In this document: piece by piece, positions 8,106 to 10,229 of the stretch
How the letters are laid out: each line of letters begins with the position of its first letter
Numbering within the stretch: the stretch's first letter is position 1
Assembly (NCBI GenBank): GCA_001179505.1
Contig: CDMY01000928.1
Location: 1-10,229, forward strand
DNA: 10,229 bases
Direction of reading: 5' to 3'
From: Vitrella brassicaformis CCMP3155
Lineage: Eukaryota; Protista; Chromerida
Notes under the pieces: model-generated
Database searches by the model: none
Told to the model about the DNA's origin: nothing
What the model saw: only the letters and a program-made list of their open reading frames with translations
Program-made: the position numbers and the translations under genes

Positions 8106-8655
8106 ATGCCGGACAGAAGTGAAGTAAGCACACGCATCAAACCGGGCCTGTGTCATGGATGATGGCCCATGACATCGTGTGGGAACAATGTTTCTGCAGC
8201 ACACGAGCGCGTACCGGGCTTCCACGGTTTCTGAAGGGTCGAAGGTGCTGCTGTGCTGCTTCCGCGACCGGCGAAGCCAGCTGTGGAGCTTTTGCTGGCT
8301 GAGCTGCTTCCTGATCTCCATCGGCCTCATCGTCGTGGGGGTCGTGATCAAGCTGAACTACCTGTGGATCCTCGGCCTCGCCGCGACCATAACAATCGTT
8401 GTGGCGTGGGCGTTCCGGCAATGGGGTGCGAGCGAAACTTGGTGGGCGGGCCCTACTGCGCCCGGCACCAGCGGTGCCCCCCTGGATCAGGTGCTGGACC
8501 GCCATGTGCGCAAGGAGATGGAGACCAAGACCAAGCAGGAAATGAAGCTCGAGGACCGCCGGATGAGCATGTACGCCAAGTTCAAGGAGAAAGTCAGGTG
8601 GGAGCGCCAGGCCACTGCAAGGCAGTCAAAGTCGTCGAGGCCGTCGCGGGCCTGA
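8106..8655 (+). CDS. Small two-transmembrane protein of unknown function; join(8106..8123,8200..8655), 157 aa (3' end may be spliced further)
   Basis: accATGccg at 8106; donor GAA|GTAAGC at 8124 and acceptor tttctgcAG at 8199 (76-nt phase-0 intron). Two hydrophobic segments (LWSFCWLSCFLISIGLIVVGVVI; LNYLWILGLAATITIVVAWAF) are followed by a charged helical tail (RKEMETKTKQEMKLEDRRMSMYAKFKEK). Codons are GC3-rich like the neighbouring genes. Confidence 0.72.
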
Positions 8656-8723
8656 CGGATGGACGGAGGTGCAAAGGGGGACAGGAGGAATGTGTGTCGG
8701 GATGATTGGCAGACTGACAGACG

Positions 8724-8755
8724 GGGAGGGAGGGAGGGAGGGAGGGAGGGAGGGA
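8724..8755 (+). repeat. (GGGA)8 microsatellite
   Basis: Read directly, downstream of the 2-TM gene stop. Confidence 0.92.
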
Positions 8756-8928
8756 AGAGCGTGGTCATTTTGTGATTTGGCTCGAGACTCCTTGTCAGTG
8801 TTTTTTCGGAAGCACCCCCCCACGCACACATCGACAATCAATGGCCTTGTGTCTATACAGTACGATGCATACGTACGTGTTGGCCGCCGACAAGTTGCGG
8901 CCCGCGAGGAAGGGACCCTTCTGTCCTG

Positions 8929-8970
8929 CTCTCTCTCTCTCTCTCTCTGTCTGTCTGTCTGTCTGTCTGT
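8929..8970 (+). repeat. Compound (CT)10(GTCT)5 microsatellite
   Basis: Read directly. Confidence 0.9.
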
Positions 8971-9614
8971 TACGTCGTTTCCCGCAAGCAGTAGTGTGTG
9001 TGTCTCCTCTCCCCCTCTCTCCCCCCCACCCCGGCAGCGTGTGAAGAGTGTTTTGGCCTTTTTCGACTGGCTGGCTGACTGGCTGGCTGGCTGGCTGTGT
9101 GTTGTGGGTTTAGGTGTCTGTCGTGCTTACGGGAGGGAGGGAGGGAGACACCGACTTAAGGTGATCATTCATTCAATAGGTCTACTACAGGGTCGTTACA
9201 ATCAACCAACGAACGCACGCACGCACACCCTGGGGCATCGGTGTGTGAGGTGGGATGCCTTCATCGTCTCGGCATGTAGAGAGCCTTTCACCCGCCGGTC
9301 GGTCCCATTGTCTGTCGCACTCACACAGCTCACTCGACACGATGCGCCCGGTTTGTTGCTGCTTCATCGGCTGCTGGCCACGGGCAGCCACACACCACAG
9401 AGGAGGTGTGTGCCCGGGCGAAGCCAGTCGCTTCCTGTGCAGCAACACAACGGACGAATTTCACGGTGCCAGTGGCAGAAGTCAACACACACACACACAC
9501 ACTAACGACACACATCCTTGCAGACCTCCATTGGAGTATGAACAGCTAGCTGTCATCTATCCATCTTCATCCCTCCGTCCTCCACCATAAGCTATAAGCT
9601 CTCTCCATAGCCAT

Positions 9615-10229
9615 CTATGTCTTGGGCTTCTTCTGGAAGAACGACCTGAGGTCTGTCTGCCCGGCCGGCCTCTTGCCTCCCCCGCCACCCGACCCGCCCC
9701 TCCCGCCCATCCCTCCCCTCCCGCCTCGACTCGCACTGCCACGCCCACTCTGCTGCTGCTGCTGCTGCTGCTGCGTTGGCTGCCTCACGGGAGCCCCCGT
9801 ACCATTCGCATCGTCACCGGCCGTCAAGTCGATCGCACCACTGCTGCTGCCATTGTTCTTGTTGCCGTTGTTCGCTGCAGCTGGTGCTGGTGCTGGTGCT
9901 GCAGAGCTGCTTTGGTTGTTGGCCGCAGGGGTCGGTTTGGGTGCCGGTTGGAAGAAGCTCTGGATGCCCTTCCACCCTCTGTGTGGCTGCGACCTGGTGG
10001 TCTTGGTGTCCTTCATGTCGACGGCCACGCGCTGACCGAAGTCGATGTGGTGGCCGGCGGGTGTGTGGGGCGTGTTGTCGAGGCAGAGGGTGACGGCGAT
10101 GTGGTCGCTGAACTTGGGGGGCGTGTAGCACATGCCGGTGTGAGGGGGGAGGAACTGCGTGTCGTATACCGGCTGGGAGGCATCGATCAGCCCGCCCCCA
10201 TCCCATGAGGGCGGGAGTGAATCGGCCTG
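9615..10229 (-). CDS. 3' part of an EEP / exonuclease III-AP endonuclease family protein (APE2-like); 5'-partial
   Basis: The frame is open from the window end (QADSLPPSWDGGGLIDASQPVYDTQFLPPHTGMCYTPPKFSDHIAVTLCLD) to TAG at 9617-9615. SDH followed by hydrophobic strand residues (10109-10101) is the terminal catalytic motif of DNase I-like EEP enzymes. The tail ends in the PIP box QTDLRSFF. The rest of the catalytic domain is outside the window, so the subfamily is inferred. Confidence 0.65.
   Translation of the reverse strand, partial: QADSLPPSWDGGGLIDASQPVYDTQFLPPHTGMCYTPPKFSDHIAVTLCLDNTPHTPAGHHIDFGQRVAVDMKDTKTTRSQPHRGWKGIQSFFQPAPKPTPAANNQSSSAAPAPAPAAANNGNKNNGSSSGAIDLTAGDDANGTGAPVRQPTQQQQQQQQSGRGSASRGGRGGMGGRGGSGGGGGKRPAGQTDLRSFFQKKPKT
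9750..9773 (-). repeat. (CAG)8 coding polyglutamine tract in the nuclease tail
   Basis: (ctg)8 on the + strand; translates as PT-QQQQQQQQ-SG in the 9615 frame. Confidence 0.93.

Noticed and set aside
8151-8174. 8-bp inverted repeat tgtcatgg-N8-ccatgaca
   Set aside because: A single short stem inside predicted intron 1 of the 2-TM gene, with no U-tract or RNA-family features; compatible with chance.
7992-8351. 120-aa N-terminal extension of the GH35 shown in ORF 7233..8351
   Set aside because: It starts at a non-ATG codon, overlaps the opposite-strand 2-TM gene, and would bury the signal peptide that begins at Met 7991.
8669-9505. 278-aa plus-strand ORF in the region between convergent genes
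   Set aside because: It starts at a non-ATG codon and runs through GGGA, CT, GTCT, GGCT and CA microsatellites, which are stop-free by nature; the translation is not protein-like.
9618-9659. C-terminal PIP box as a CRL4-Cdt2 PIP degron
   Set aside because: It lacks the TD at positions 5-6 (has RS), and the +4 residue after FF is Pro rather than Lys/Arg.

Overview
Compact, intron-rich eukaryotic DNA. It has short GT-AG introns (54-157 nt) full of TG/CA/GACA microsatellites and one gene with a signal peptide plus a Phe-initiated transit peptide. This indicates an alga with a complex red-type plastid; the style resembles the chromerid Vitrella brassicaformis (inference, not verified). Gene models assembled by hand, left to right: (1) the probable 5' end of a minus-strand low-complexity protein carrying an exact 54-bp duplication; (2) plastid-targeted CCB3 (YGGT family; 3 exons, 218 aa); (3) an exostosin/GT47 type II membrane glycosyltransferase (8 exons, 563 aa); (4) a convergent GH35 beta-galactosidase (13 exons, 818 aa) whose last two exons add a transmembrane helix and a DYKRL tail; the terminal exon's frame is not in the ORF track; (5) a divergent 2-TM protein of unknown function; (6) the 3' end of an ExoIII/APE-like nuclease with PIP-box, SIM-like, polyQ and RGG motifs in its tail. 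The most interesting signal is the membrane-anchored GH35. Tandem donors 4 nt apart and an R-E-K-R site each offer a possible route to a soluble form. No RNA genes, mobile elements or CRISPR arrays were seen. All splice models are predictions from GT/AG sites, frame continuity and remembered family motifs.
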